Source of the DNA: Utricularia gibba
Taxonomy: Eukaryota; Plantae; Magnoliophyta
Reading direction: 5' to 3'
DNA length: 64,000 nucleotides
Assembly (NCBI GenBank): GCA_002189035.1
Contig: NEEC01000008.1
Location: forward strand, 310,001-374,000
Part shown: positions 24,890-39,494 of the stretch, piece by piece
Layout of the letters: the number at the start of each line of letters is the position of its first letter
Position numbering within the stretch: the first letter of the stretch is position 1
Notes under the pieces: model-generated
Told to the model about the DNA's origin: nothing
What the model saw: only the letters and a program-made list of their open reading frames with translations
Databases searched by the model: none
Position numbers and translations under genes: made by a program

Positions 24890-27126
24890 ATGATGGAGAT
24901 TGCACGTGCCACCAAACAGGACACGAACTCTTCCTCCTCCAAGTTGCGATGCTCACTCGCCAAGATATTCCGTCGCCGGTCGCCGGAAAATGATGGATCC
25001 CAGGGAGGAGCCGCGCAGAAGAGGGAGGAGGAGCACGGTGGCTGGAAGGCCATGCCCTTCATCTTGGGTACCCATCTTTTTCTTTTTGTTATTTTTCCGA
25101 TCACTTTCATCTTGTTTGTTGTTGCCTCGTCCTTCTCAGGCGAGTACGACATGAATGCACAGACCCATCATGACACCAAGGGTCCATCGTTGGTTGAGTC
25201 ATATTGACCTGACAACTAATTAATTATTGCATTTTCCAGAAAAAAAACAAATGATTTTATTTGTATTTCATAAATTAATCGATTTTAAAAACATTATTTC
25301 TTTTTCATCACATAGCACTAACTCCAGATTCAATCTCCTCAATAAGTAATTATAAAATACATTAATATTATTATTATTATTATTATTTTGTTGTGTTTGG
25401 CAGGAAATGAGACACTAGAGAGGCTGGCTTCCATTGGACTAGTAGCAAATTTCATGGTGTTCTTGTTGACACAGTTTCATCTGGACCAAGTGGTGGCTTC
25501 AAATGTGATCAACATTTGGTCTGGAGTGACCAATTTCGGGCCTTTGATCGGTGCCTACATTTCGGATTCTTACTTGGGCAGATTCAGAACCATCGCCATT
25601 GCTACTGTAGCTGCTTTCATGGTGAGGTCTAGATTTGGCCACCGCCCCCTTGCCGTGGAACTTCACTGGAGTTGCTTATGCGTTTGATTCTTGACGAGCA
25701 GGGCATGGTGACATTGACTTTGATTCCTTGGATACCTCACCTCCATCCTCCTCCATGCTCGGTGTCTCAATCAAGCCATTGCATTGGACCCAGTGTGTCG
25801 CAGTTCATTGTCTTGGCAGTGGCTCTGGGGTTGCTCTCCCTTGGCTCCGCTGGAATCCGGCCCTGCAGTATTCCCTTCGGAGTCGATCAGTTCGACTCGT
25901 CGACGGAGGCAGGAAGGAGAGGAATCAATAGCTTCTTCAACTGGTACTACGCTACCTTCACACTGGTTCTCATCCTCGCTGTCACCTTGGTGGTCTACAT
26001 TCAAGATTCTGTGAGTTGGGTTCTGGGATTTGGGATTCCGACTCTGCTCATGATCTTCTCCATCGCGTTGTTCTTCCTGGGAACTCGATATTACATCTAT
26101 GTTGCTCCCCAAGGGAGCGTATTCTCCGGCATCGCGCAGGTGATCGTCGCTTCATACAAAAAACGAAAGGTTCAGTTTCGTGACGGAGACAAGGATACAG
26201 AGTATTATGACCCACCGTCCAAGACGAGTGGGGCGAGGAAGTATACTTTAACCAGTAAGTTCAGTTTCCTGAACAGAGCAGCAGTTATATTGGAGAGTGA
26301 TGTTTCACCGGATGGCACCAATGCAAATCCATGGAGAATGTGCTCCGTTCAGTCTGTAGAAGAAACCAAATGCTTACTCAACATCATTCCCATTTGGGCT
26401 GCTGGAATCATAGCTTTCGTAGCCATGGCTCAACAGGGCACATTCACTCTCTCACAGGCTCTAAAAATGGACCGCCATCTGGGACCGCACTTCAAGGTCC
26501 CTGCTGGATCCCTGTCTGTTATATCCATGATCACCATCGGAATCTTTCTCCCAGTTTATGACAGGATAGTTGTTCCCTACACAAGAAGGTTCACTAGGGT
26601 AGAAGGTGGCATCACCCTTCTCCAAAGAATGGGGATCGGGCTATGTTTCTCAATCCTATCCATGATCGTTGCCGGTTTCGTGGAACGAAGAAGACGTGCT
26701 TCAGCTCTAACGCATCCCAACCCCGAAGGAATCGCTCCAATTTCCGTCTTCTGGCTATCGCCACAACTGATCCTACTGGGATTAGGAGAAGCATTCAACA
26801 TCATTGGGCAGATCGAGTTCTACAACAAGGAGTTCCCTGGGAACATGAGCAGTTTAGCAAACTCCCTACTCTCTTGCACTATGGCTGGAGCCAATTACCT
26901 GAGTGCTCTTCTAGTGAATGTGGTGCATAACACCACCGGACGCCATGGCCATCCTGATTGGCTTACGAAAGACATCAACCAAGGAAGAGTCGAGAATCTA
27001 TACTTCATGATTTCCGGGCTGGGTGTGTTGAACCTGGGATACTTCATCTGGGTGGCGCGCAGCTACATCTACAAAAGCAGATACCTTGTGGATGAAGACG
27101 AAGACAGCAGTATTATAGGGGTATGA
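24890..27126 (+). CDS. NRT1/PTR family transporter, NPF2 clade (NPF2.13-like), 3 exons
   Basis: GGWKAMPFILGNETLERLA (ExxER motif), SDSYLGRFRT, IRPCSIPFGVDQFD, SFFNWYY, GQIEFYNKEFP; multiple transmembrane segments. Confidence 0.93.
25366..25387. repeat. (TTA)n microsatellite in NPF intron 1
   Basis: Run of attattattatt directly visible. Confidence 0.85.
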
Positions 27127-27586
27127 TCCTCAAGTCTCAAGTTTAAGAAGACCAAACTCGAGTCCATGCCTCCTATGTCCAACCTCGGGTTGGATACGAA
27201 TCACACTCGCCCATTCTATGTATGCTGGATGATTCTATAAATGGTTGTGGTAATTTCGGGGTCCTGTGAACACTTACTTCATCCCTCTTGGGTGACAATG
27301 AATAGGGCTGAAGAAAAACTGAAAAAATTGCCATGTCAACGTTCATGAAGTATATTCATTGCTTATACCTTGTAAAAAAAACCCCCATTTCCACCCCTAC
27401 CAATAACGAACAAAAATGGGCACTGTGATGAAGGTACCAGTCACCATGTGGAATAGTCAGTACACTATGAACAATCAGTATCCGTCAAGACAAGGCACAG
27501 AAACAATATTACCAGGACCCCCCAACCATTGGCTGCTTCCCATGAATCCTGAGAGAAAAAGAATCAAGACTACACGCGTTTCAACT

Positions 27587-29809
27587 TCAGCGACTGTTAA
27601 CAAGGAGCTTCTCAACTGCTTCATCACAAAGCAGCAATGTAGAATCCATGTTGCCTTCATTGAATGCCATATCTGCAAAGATGCTGTATAGGTCTTTGTC
27701 TATTGGGATTTCTTTGTTTCGCATCTCCTCGAAAAATTCTCTTGCCTCTTTATATTTCTTCCTCCTAAGAAAACCCTTGACCAATGCATTGTAGGTCTCA
27801 ACACTGGGATCAAAACCTTTGTCAACCATGCCTCGGTATAGAAACCATGCTTCCTTCATATTCCTTGCTTTGGTATGACCTCGGATTAGGATATTGAAAG
27901 TATTCTTATCAGGTTCCACGCCAAGATGGTGCATAGCTTGATGCAGTGCAATGGCCGCCGGCATATCATTTCTAATACAATGTTGTCTAATGAGAGAGTT
28001 ATAAGTCGCTGCACTAGGCTGTATACCCTTCGACAGCATCAGGTGGAGGAGTTTCTTAGCATCTCCGAGCATCCCTAGGTTGCAAAATCCCGTCATCAGA
28101 ACATTGAAAGAAACGACCGTAGGCATAATTCCCCTCTGTAGCATTTCGTTAAAAAGCCTATATGCAGTATCTATTTCACCAGTTTTGCAATATGCATCCA
28201 TAAGCGTGGTGTAAGTGAAAGCATCAGGCATTATCCCATCAGCCTCCATACTCTTCATTAAGCTTACTGCTTTCTCTAAATTACCAGACTTGCAAAAGTA
28301 ATTGAGGAGTACATTGCACGTAAAGATATTGGGAACAAGGCCTTGGCTGGTCATTTCTTGAAGAAGTTCATTGGATGTTCCAATGTCTCCTTGTTTGCAG
28401 AGGCCATCGACCAGGGCAGTATATGTTACAACATTTGGTAGAAGACCAACACGAATCATCTCATTGTGAAGTGAAAACGCCTTCTGTAGCATACCAGCCT
28501 TGCAACAACCATCAATAAGTGCTGCGTAGGTGAATTCATCTGCCTTCATCCCAAACGACAGCATTTCATGGACGAGATGCTCAGCTTCTTTAACCTTTCC
28601 AATTTTACAGAAACAACATAACAAAGAAGTGTATGTGATAGAATCAGGTAAAATCTTTTGATTCCGCATTTCTTCATACATCCTGTTTGCTGAAGCAACA
28701 TTACCAATTTTGCTGAAGCCATCAATAAGAGTCGTGTACACCACAGTATCAGGAAAAATTCTCTGAGAAACCATATCCCTCAAAACCTTCTCAGCTTTGA
28801 CCAACTTACCAGCTTTGCAAAGCGAAAAAATCATACTATTAAAAGTATATGCATTTGGCTTCAACCCTAATTGCTGCATGTTTTCAACAACTCTCAGCAT
28901 TACAGTATGATCTCCTTGATTGCAATATCCATCTACAATTGTACTGTGACTTACAGAATCTGGAATGCAACCTCTCTGATCCATCAAGAAAAGTATACGA
29001 TGAGCTTCTTTTATTTTCCTTGCTTGACATAGGGAGTGCATGACTATATTATAAGACATTGTATTCCACTGAATACCCCCTTCAGAAAATTCATGGAAAA
29101 CTTGCAAGGAAAAATTGTGACCGTCAATATCTTTTGCAAGTTTGGAAAGAAGAAAGTTACAGGACTTGACAGAGATAACCACTCCATAATTCAAAATCTT
29201 GTGAAAAAGATCTCTTGCATGATCATTCTGCCCATTTTCAATCAGAGTCTGGAAAAATAGGTCAAAAACATACGGATCTGAACCCCAATCCTTGTAAGTG
29301 TATATGAGCTTATCGAGAATCTCAGAGAATGTAGTGTTCTTTTGAATACTTGGTTTTGTCCAGAAATCATGAAAAAGTCTTTTTGCAAAGGCTATATCCT
29401 TTGCAGCAACCGCAATTTGAATCAAGATGCACTGAGACTCAATTGATGGATCCCTTTGAATGCATGACCAGTCAAATAAATTAGCAGCCAAAGAATAATT
29501 ATCCCTGATCTCCATGAGAACCCAAATGAGATGATCAGACCTGAAATTTGACTCGAATGTCTTCAAAATCAGATGCAGGGGCTCATATTGGCGCTGCTTG
29601 ATGGCTTTTGTCATTCGGCAGACGAATTCAGAGTCTTTTATGGAGGGTTTTCTTGGCGAATAATCAGGAAAAGGCCTCACGCCGGACAACCCAAAAGAAG
29701 AGCTTGAAAAGCATGAGAATGAAGGAGGTATTTTGGCTGATCTCCGGTGTAAACAACGTCGAATTAATATATGAGAGAAAGCAAAAAGCATGACAGGACG
29801 ACTCTTCAT
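27587..29809 (-). CDS. P-class pentatricopeptide repeat protein, single exon (At1g05670-like, probably mitochondrial)
   Basis: 740-aa ORF with tandem 35-aa repeats (P+..TY..LIDG.CK.G); N-terminal RPFPDYSP..K..EFV..HLIWVL signature. Confidence 0.92.
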   Translation of the reverse strand: MKSRPVMLFAFSHILIRRCLHRRSAKIPPSFSCFSSSSFGLSGVRPFPDYSPRKPSIKDSEFVCRMTKAIKQRQYEPLHLILKTFESNFRSDHLIWVLMEIRDNYSLAANLFDWSCIQRDPSIESQCILIQIAVAAKDIAFAKRLFHDFWTKPSIQKNTTFSEILDKLIYTYKDWGSDPYVFDLFFQTLIENGQNDHARDLFHKILNYGVVISVKSCNFLLSKLAKDIDGHNFSLQVFHEFSEGGIQWNTMSYNIVMHSLCQARKIKEAHRILFLMDQRGCIPDSVSHSTIVDGYCNQGDHTVMLRVVENMQQLGLKPNAYTFNSMIFSLCKAGKLVKAEKVLRDMVSQRIFPDTVVYTTLIDGFSKIGNVASANRMYEEMRNQKILPDSITYTSLLCCFCKIGKVKEAEHLVHEMLSFGMKADEFTYAALIDGCCKAGMLQKAFSLHNEMIRVGLLPNVVTYTALVDGLCKQGDIGTSNELLQEMTSQGLVPNIFTCNVLLNYFCKSGNLEKAVSLMKSMEADGIMPDAFTYTTLMDAYCKTGEIDTAYRLFNEMLQRGIMPTVVSFNVLMTGFCNLGMLGDAKKLLHLMLSKGIQPSAATYNSLIRQHCIRNDMPAAIALHQAMHHLGVEPDKNTFNILIRGHTKARNMKEAWFLYRGMVDKGFDPSVETYNALVKGFLRRKKYKEAREFFEEMRNKEIPIDKDLYSIFADMAFNEGNMDSTLLLCDEAVEKLLVNSR

Positions 29810-31359
29810 GTCTGAGGAAGAAATCCATCACGACACTTGCACCAATTGCATATCTCATTTGCATCAACTCGTTTTCAAGTTTCCAAGTAGCTGCATATTG
29901 CACAATATCGAATGTTACTCCTACATATCTAAACACCCAGAATGAGAGATGATTCATTAGCACCAAAACGAGCAAAGGGGGAAACAAACTTCGAATGCAG
30001 AAAGCACTCAAACCTTTATTCCCAGCAATGTTTCACCACCAGTGGCCAAGATGCAGACATTTCCCAAAAGTGAACCTGCTACTCCCAGGATTATGCAAGG
30101 TCAACTGCACTACTCCGAAAATCCCAGTCTAAAATCAACCAATCGCAGGCGGGTAAATCGAGTCGTCTTCCAGGAAATTTCATCGAGTAAGGAAGCAGAA
30201 GTTGAAGATGGAGAATCAAAACGCAGCCCCCAAACAGTAGAGAAGCGCTGTGCGTTGTTTAGAGAAATCTGCGTTCTCAATTCCGCTATCGCGCTCCCTC
30301 CTCGCCGGCGGGGTCTCAAACCCCAGTAGACGGACAAGAGGCGGTGAACAAGACTATTTTTATTGGGCCGACCCAAATGACATGGGTCGGAAATCAAGTA
30401 GCACGGGCCGGGGGGACACTAAAAAGGGCCTTATCTCTGGGGGAGCCGGAGGTGGGGTAGTATAGACGCGGTGTTAGGTGGACCAGCGCATGGCCCACCA
30501 CTGGAGGGATGCGATTCACATCCAGCCTCCAATTATCGGGTGCAATCAATGGCTGCCCCCACCCAACACCCAACACCCAACACACCCTTAGCTGTACACA
30601 CAAAACAAATTACAAAGTACAAAACAGTATTATTGTCCGTCCATTTTTTGGAGCAATCCAGGATTAAGTAACTCCCCTAATCACGCCATTCACTAGAGCC
30701 CCCCAATGAAATGACACAAAAACCCCGGGGTGAAGACTGAATTTACAGCATTCATCAGCTCTTTACAGTTTAGTTAGGGCAACCCCACTCACATCACATC
30801 AGATGCGAGAGTAATCCCAATGCCGCGTCCCGTCCCGTGAAAGCACGCGTTGTTACCAGAATCAGTTCTCACTTTCATCCGAACACCTTCTTCGTCTTCT
30901 GAAAAATGTAGACACCGATGGGGATGCGCTTCCACTTTGACTCGGATATGATGAGTCCGAGTGCTGACGCGGGAGAAGAGGGATGGGGATGAGGGTTCCT
31001 GGAGAAAGGTGCTGGTGGGCAGGGTGCTTTCGTCCCACAGCCCCTTGTGCTCAACTGGATTCGACATCTGTTGTAGGGCGTTGATGGAGGAATCTAGCCC
31101 CGGCCGGCGGCGGCCCGGCTTTCCACTCATCGCCGAGTTAGGCACCCAATCCACCCAATGCTACGCTTGACCGCAACCTTTAACTAACATCTTTGGGCCC
31201 ATCCCATCCCATCCCCTCCTCTTTTCTTTCTTTCTTGTTAAAAATAAAAAAACACAATCTTGTAGTTGTGGGGCGAGTTATACGTTCTTCTCCCTATGCG
31301 CAGCAGAGGAACGCGAGAAGAGGGCGTGAGCTGAGCCCATGCTGCAATTATTGATTGAA

Positions 31360-31379
31360 TGACGACGTCGATGACGACG
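31360..31379 (+). promoter_or_regulatory. as-1/ocs-like element (TGACG-N7-TGACG) upstream of the bHLH gene
   Basis: TGACG at 31360 and 31372, the 12-bp spacing of the canonical TGA-factor site; function untested. Confidence 0.4.
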
Positions 31380-32067
31380 TCCTTCATTCGTTGTAGATTA
31401 AACATGCGTACGCGCGCTGTTAGGGGGTACTATTAGGGTAAATACAAGGGAGAAATGGAGTTAAAAAGGGTGGTTGGTACGGTCGGTGACGGCACCGACA
31501 ATCGCACATTAAGTCCCGCCGGCGGCAGCCCTGGATGCACCGCCATAACACGTCACTGTCAGTCATCACGGAGGCTAATCTAAAACTAATCACCTTCCGT
31601 TAAAGTCATTAATCACTGACAGGCCCCTAACCTCGGCCCCTCCTAATCACTGTCCGTTCCGTGTCGTCCCCATGACGTTGACCCGCCCCGACTCAGTACG
31701 CCGTACGCACTCGACACGTATACACCCACACTTGCGATGCCGCTACTTAAAATAATAAATATATTAAAATAAAGATATTGGAAATGAAAATATGTGTTGT
31801 TTAAGGTGAAATGCGATATTCATATGGAATCTCTCTTTTAAATCCTTGCCTTGCACTGGAGGGGAGGCTCACCTCATCACACCTTCCAGCTTCCAGGGAG
31901 AAGATCAACGTTGCCGCTGGGAGCCATTGCCGTCTCACCTTCAAGAGCCTGTAGTCTTCGGAACCAAAGAGAAACTGGGCTTCCGCGCACGCATACGCTT
32001 CGCTGTTTGTCTCCAGAACGTTGCGATGAGCGTTCGTTCGCTTTGATTCTGTTACCGGAGTTGGAAG

Positions 32068-33418
32068 ATGGATCCGCAGGGGGCCGCGATGAACGACGCC
32101 GGAATGTATAACTTCTCCGAGATCTGGCAGGTGTTTCAGGTGGGTGCTTCATCAACGCCGTATGCCTACGGCATGGAACAAATGGGGGCGGAACAACAGA
32201 GATTTAATCACAATCAAAATACTTTCGGGATTGACAAATCGAGGAAACGGCGTGACGGAGATGAATCCGCGAAAGCGGGAGCTTCGACTAGTATTGCCGG
32301 TCCCGCGAACAACAATAATGCTATGGTGATTGGATCATTGAATACGATCATGAGATTGGTTCAATTCTCTTGATTAAAACCTGCTGAGTATCAATTTCAG
32401 TTTCCGGATTCGAGTTTGTTTGTAGGCTTGGATGAAATGGGCCCTCTTTCTACTAGTTTCTGGTTCCTTCTGTAATCCCTGCTTTTGATGATGCAGAGTG
32501 AATGTGATGCTAAGAGGCTGAAGCCTTCGGAATCATCGCGTGAAAATTGTGACAATGAAGAGCAACCATCCGAAGCACCAAAGCAAGACTACATCCACGT
32601 TCGAGCAAGAAGGGGGCAAGCTACAGACAGTCACAGTTTGGCTGAAAGGGTAATAATTCCAGAGCCCCCGCTAATTCTCCCATGAAAGCATTCAAAGATC
32701 AAGATTTTCGCTGACTATTTGCCGTCTATGAACGTAGTAGTCACATATTTAGCTGGTTTTGCTTGTTTCATTCTTTGATTTTCAGGCTAGGAGAGAAAAG
32801 ATCAGCGAGAGGATGAGAATTCTCCAGGATCTAGTACCTGGTTGTAACAAAGTGAGTGAGTATACAGAAGGCTTCAATACCTGGATATATCTCCTTATTT
32901 AGTCCATCTTTGAATTGTGGGCGCCTCGGTTGATAGATGTTTTTTCTACTTGCTCTTCGGGAATCTCAGAAAGTTATAGATGGATCTCTCTGTTTTCAGG
33001 TGATTGGCAAAGCCTTAGTGCTTGACGAGATCATTAACTATATTCAATCATTGCAACGCCAAGTTGAGGTGGGATTTTCCTATTGTTCTGTCTTTGGTGA
33101 CTGCCTTATTCACAATCAACAAAGTATTTCTCTTTCTCTAGTTCCTATCAATGAAGCTTGAGGCAGTGAACGCAAGAGTAAGCCTCGAAGGTTATCCCTC
33201 GAAAGATGTAGGTGATGATCCAAGCACTTGCAGTGCTGTTCATTATTGAGGCCCTCAATCGTTACCAAACACTCTGACAAACCGTTTTCCACGTTGTTCA
33301 GCATTTTTCTCAGCAAAGTTTTGATGCTTCTAACATTGCGTTCGGTTCGCAAAGCAGTCGAGGTTATGGGAGGGGATCAGAGTGGTTACATATGCAGATT
33401 GGTGGAGGATGTGAATGA
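32068..33418 (+). CDS. bHLH transcription factor, BIGPETAL/bHLH31-like (subfamily XII), 6 exons
   Basis: YNFSEIW N-terminal motif; [76 protein letters not shown]; C-terminal [10 protein letters not shown]. Confidence 0.9.
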
Positions 33419-33792
33419 AGCAGGAAGAAGATCTATAGTTGTTTCTTCTCCCCGCGTTTCAGCCATGTAGGTGCGTGCTGCTGAAAGATACCCGCTGTGT
33501 TTTCTTCTGTCAGGTGTGCGGGCTTTGTTCTCGGTGAAGATGATATATAGACGTCATGTGAAACAAATGAGAGATGATAGTGCAAGGAGTAATCCTGAAA
33601 TGGCTCTGCTTTGTATGTGCAAGTTCATGTGTGTGGGATTTGGGTCTAGTTGCTGTGTTGATGCTTCCCCTGTGTAATCCATTGGGTCAACCCGGATCCA
33701 TTTAAGTCGTAGTGCGATCCGACCGACAAAATATAACGAAATTTTTAGAAAATTTATTTATTTAAATTAAAAAAATAAATATATTTGTGTAA

Positions 33793-33830
33793 TGGGCCTT
33801 GAAGGCCCAAGCAAGCCGTGTCGCCACGTG
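33793..33830 (+). promoter_or_regulatory. Site II motifs (TGGGCC/GGCCCA) and G-box upstream of PP2A
   Basis: TGGGCC 33793, GGCCCA 33804, CACGTG 33825; motif match only. Confidence 0.35.
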
Positions 33831-34330
33831 TCTTATGGAATTCGGCTTTGACCCGACACCCACACGACACCGCCCACCGGGGCGAGAAAATTCCTCTCTG
33901 GAAAATATTTATTAAAGGGAGAGAAAATGATGTGCGGTGTTGCATTTCCGTGCCATTTGGATTTCATTTGGGGCTCATTTGTGATCCCACCACTAGTTCT
34001 CGCCCTTTCCCACACAAAAATCCATGCGTACACACACAGATCTATGTTCTCTGCATTTTCGCCTCTAAGGTTATGATCAACGAGTCTGTTGGCGATCATC
34101 TTTTGGATATAGGGTTTCATCAAAATGGAAACCAAGCACAAAATCAGCAAATCATGAGATATGAATATGCCCCTCTTTCCCCTCTCTGCTGATAATTCTA
34201 GATCTCCCAGTGGTAAGGCGGTCGATAGTTTCGTATTTGGTACTATTTTATTTTGGATCTCGAATCGGATATCTGGGCCGACGTCCTGAGAGAGCCGAAA
34301 GGTAGGGGAGCTTGATTTTCGATACAGAAA

Positions 34331-36174
<1,844 letters not shown>

Positions 36175-36184
36175 GTTGGGAGGG

Positions 36185-36212
36185 GCCAGGGCCAGAGCCA
36201 GAGCCAGAGCCA
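36185..36212. repeat. (GCCAGR)n hexanucleotide microsatellite just after the PP2A stop
   Basis: ggccagggccagagccagagccagagcc visible. Confidence 0.8.
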
Positions 36213-37249
36213 TCCTTTGGATCAGCACGCAGCAAGATGTTTGCCGTTGTTTGTGTTTGGGTAGGTGCCATGTTAGAGAACCAAATGTTGTTTCAGGGTA
36301 ACTGCTGGACCGTCATCATTCTTTAGTGCGGGGGTTGTCTCATTTAGTGTTGGGCCTGCGATGGGGCTATTTATATACACGTATTTGCATTATCCGCATC
36401 TCCAGCCCAAGGGAATTGCGTATCCACGGAAAATTACATATCCTATTTTATGTAGTTACTTATTAAATAGTCTTATTATATAAAATTATATTTTATATAA
36501 TAAAAATAATTAATTATATTTATAAGATAATATATATAATTAAAAGTACAAATTTAAATGTATATATTTAAATTTAATTAAAATATCAATGAAATGTACG
36601 CACGTGTAAATCATTTGATGTTATAGAATTAAAAAAATAAAATTAAATCATGTGCTAAAAGCTGAATTTTAATAAATCTCTACTAAAAAATGATTTTACA
36701 TAAATAACATTTCTATATATTGAATTTTTTAAATATACAAATATATTTTATGATTAAATGATACTCGTATATATTTTGAAAAAATATTTTTGATACAAAT
36801 ATAGTTTAAATAGAATCAATGTACATATAAAAATATATACATGTCATTTATGCACAACCCTTGTGCATATATAATATATATACATTGAATAAATATAGTT
36901 TAAATATATGTACAACTTTTATATTTAAAAGACACTCATACATTGAATAAAAAATCCTCTTAGTAATAATTGGAAAAGAAACATTGTAGTTTCATAATCT
37001 TATACTTAATGATAATATTTATTTTTAAAAACTTTTATTGAATAAGCTTCTTATTCTAATTTCAATGTATGAGAATGAGTTGGATTTGATTTGGTATTGA
37101 ATGCCATATGATGAAGATCTCTTTATAAACGTTATGTAGTAGAATGATTGTTTAAGGTTTATTTTGAATATCTTCATTAAATTTGACATTGGAAGAGGTC
37201 TCGATACATTTAAGGAATATTGTATATTTTAGGCATCTTCTAGCTCTTT

Positions 37250-37600
37250 CTCCCCTAGATCCCATGCATAATCATACAAGATTTAGAGTTTGAGCCGATA
37301 TTCTATGGTGTAATGAATCAACTCCTCAATTCATTTGTTCGTACACTTAAGTTGTCGCATCTCATCCAACATGATAATATTTACCTAATCTACTCACATC
37401 CTGTGATAACAAGAAAAGAATATCATTCCACATGGCTTCATTTAGATGGAGGTTAAGGTTGTTTAACATAACAATAAGTATCCTCATTGAATACAATTGA
37501 TCAATAACCTTATGTGGATTATATTGAGGTTGTGGCATGCTTGTATGATGATGGCCATTAGACATTGAATTAAAGATGATTTTGTAACATAAGTGCATGA
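37250..37600 (-). pseudogene. Possible Ty1/copia gag (UBN2-like) remnant
   Basis: KVIDQLYSMRILIVMLNNLNLHLNEAMWNDILFLL loosely fits the copia gag pattern V.DH...M..L...L......L.E...D.IL; no LTR or pol found. Confidence 0.25.
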
Positions 37601-39057
37601 CAAGGTATATAGATACAAGTTACATCTATTAGGTTAATCAATAATGAACGACAAGTTAACTCATCATGGATTGAACCACGACTTAATTGTATGAGTTATT
37701 TATATTTTGAGTTGATCTATTTTAGTGTAGGTGAATTCATTCAAATATTATATTTTTATTTTTATAGAAAAAATAAAAAAAAAAGTTGAAAAGTTGAAAT
37801 AATAAATCATTGCATTCTAAAAGATTTTAATTATTAAAAAAAATTCATGAAAAATAATTTTTTATTATTCTCCTTTGAAAATCAATTAAAACTATATATT
37901 GAAATTTTATACCTCTTAATTTTTTTCACATGTGGGACTAATTTTGATAATGCATATGAAGTTAATAACTTTTTTTAAGAAAAAGAACTTTTGAAAAAAT
38001 TTTAACAAAACATAAAGAAAGAATATTAGTACTATTCCGAATCTTACTATTCACCAATTGTTGTGTGTCGTTTTCTCAACAAATTTTAAATATTTAAAAC
38101 GTAAAACACAAAAGAGTATAGTACGAGTATCGATCTCAAGGAGTTGTTTTTCGTGAAAAGTGTTTTATAAGAAACTTCTACAAAATGTCACGGTTATGTA
38201 AAAAAGGGTTTGTTAAATGCAGAAATAAAAGGTACAACCTAAGTGCTGAACCTTGATTATAGAATCAATGAATAGCCTACTCTCTTTTACACTTTGATTA
38301 GAGGTGGGTTCGGTTCCGAACTGCACGGTTTCGGTTCAGAACCGAATGGTTCCAAAACCGCGGTTCACTGTAGGCAACGGTTCCGGTTTCGGTTCGGAAT
38401 CGTATCCCGAGACCTTGAACCGAATCGAAACCGGAACCGAGATTCGCGAATCGAACCATAACCGGAACTGATCGATTACTATTTGTAGGTGTTTTCCAGT
38501 TATCCATATGAATCATTGTGTTTGACTGATAGTGAAATTTTTAATAATAATTATTATTTTAATATTTTAATATTATCAAACAATATATTTAACAATATTA
38601 ATTTTTGTATTTAACTAGATATATTATGTAATATACTATATTAATTTATAAAAAACTTTAACTTAAATTACTTGATAAACTACCTCAATAAAGTATAATT
38701 AAAATCAATATAATTTGTGACTTAAATAAATGAAATAAAAATTAAATTATTAGCCTTTGAATATATATTTGATAAAATTAAATTTTTTTAAAACAAATAC
38801 AACAACATTACAAATCATATAAAATGAATAGAGTTATTATTTATATATTTATTTTTTTTAAAATGAAAATGTTTATATAGTTGTTTTATATAATCTCTTG
38901 TATGCATTGTGTATTTTTTAAATTAAAATAAAAACATCATCTATTTTATAAAGTTTTTCCAAACTTCATATATTTTGAAAACAAAAAATAAGAAGGATTA
39001 AATAGATTATATTTTCAAAATTAACATAACATATTTCATATATCTTAATAATCGTTA

Positions 39058-39270
39058 AGGGTGTCTAGGCTCCATAGAAGATCTCAAGTACCTTCAATAA
39101 TGGATCAGAGTGCTTGAACAACCTCTAACCACAACCCTAATTCTAAAGTACACAATGCCTTCCTTAAAGGTGTCCAGACTCCAGAGAAATCCCAGACACC
39201 CTCAATAATGGATCAGAGTGCCTAGACGACCTCGAACGACAACCCTAATTCTGAGGCTCACGCTGCCAAG
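39058..39270. repeat. Two ~108-bp direct repeats, each with a CAC-N12-type spaced palindrome
   Basis: GTACCTT-caataatggatc-AGAGTGC at 39088-39113 and ACACCCT-caataatggatc-AGAGTGC at 39196-39221. Confidence 0.8.
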
Positions 39271-39494
39271 GCATTAGAGTCACCCTTAAAAATCATTATA
39301 TGTGCCTCCAAAATGAATTTAAATGATCACTATTCACTAGAGCATATTTCACACGATGCATATGTGGATTTAACGAATTTAACACTAACAACAACATAAT
39401 TCTCTACTAGAAAAAAAAGTCATCAACAAAAATATTGCAACTACAACATAAGTGTTCAAAAGAACTAATATTAGAGGCTCCTTCTAACAATCTT

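Noticed and set aside
30789-31154. 121-aa minus-strand ORF upstream of the bHLH gene
   Set aside because: No recognisable domain or splice structure; GC-rich promoter DNA readily gives such ORFs. Cannot be excluded without RNA data.
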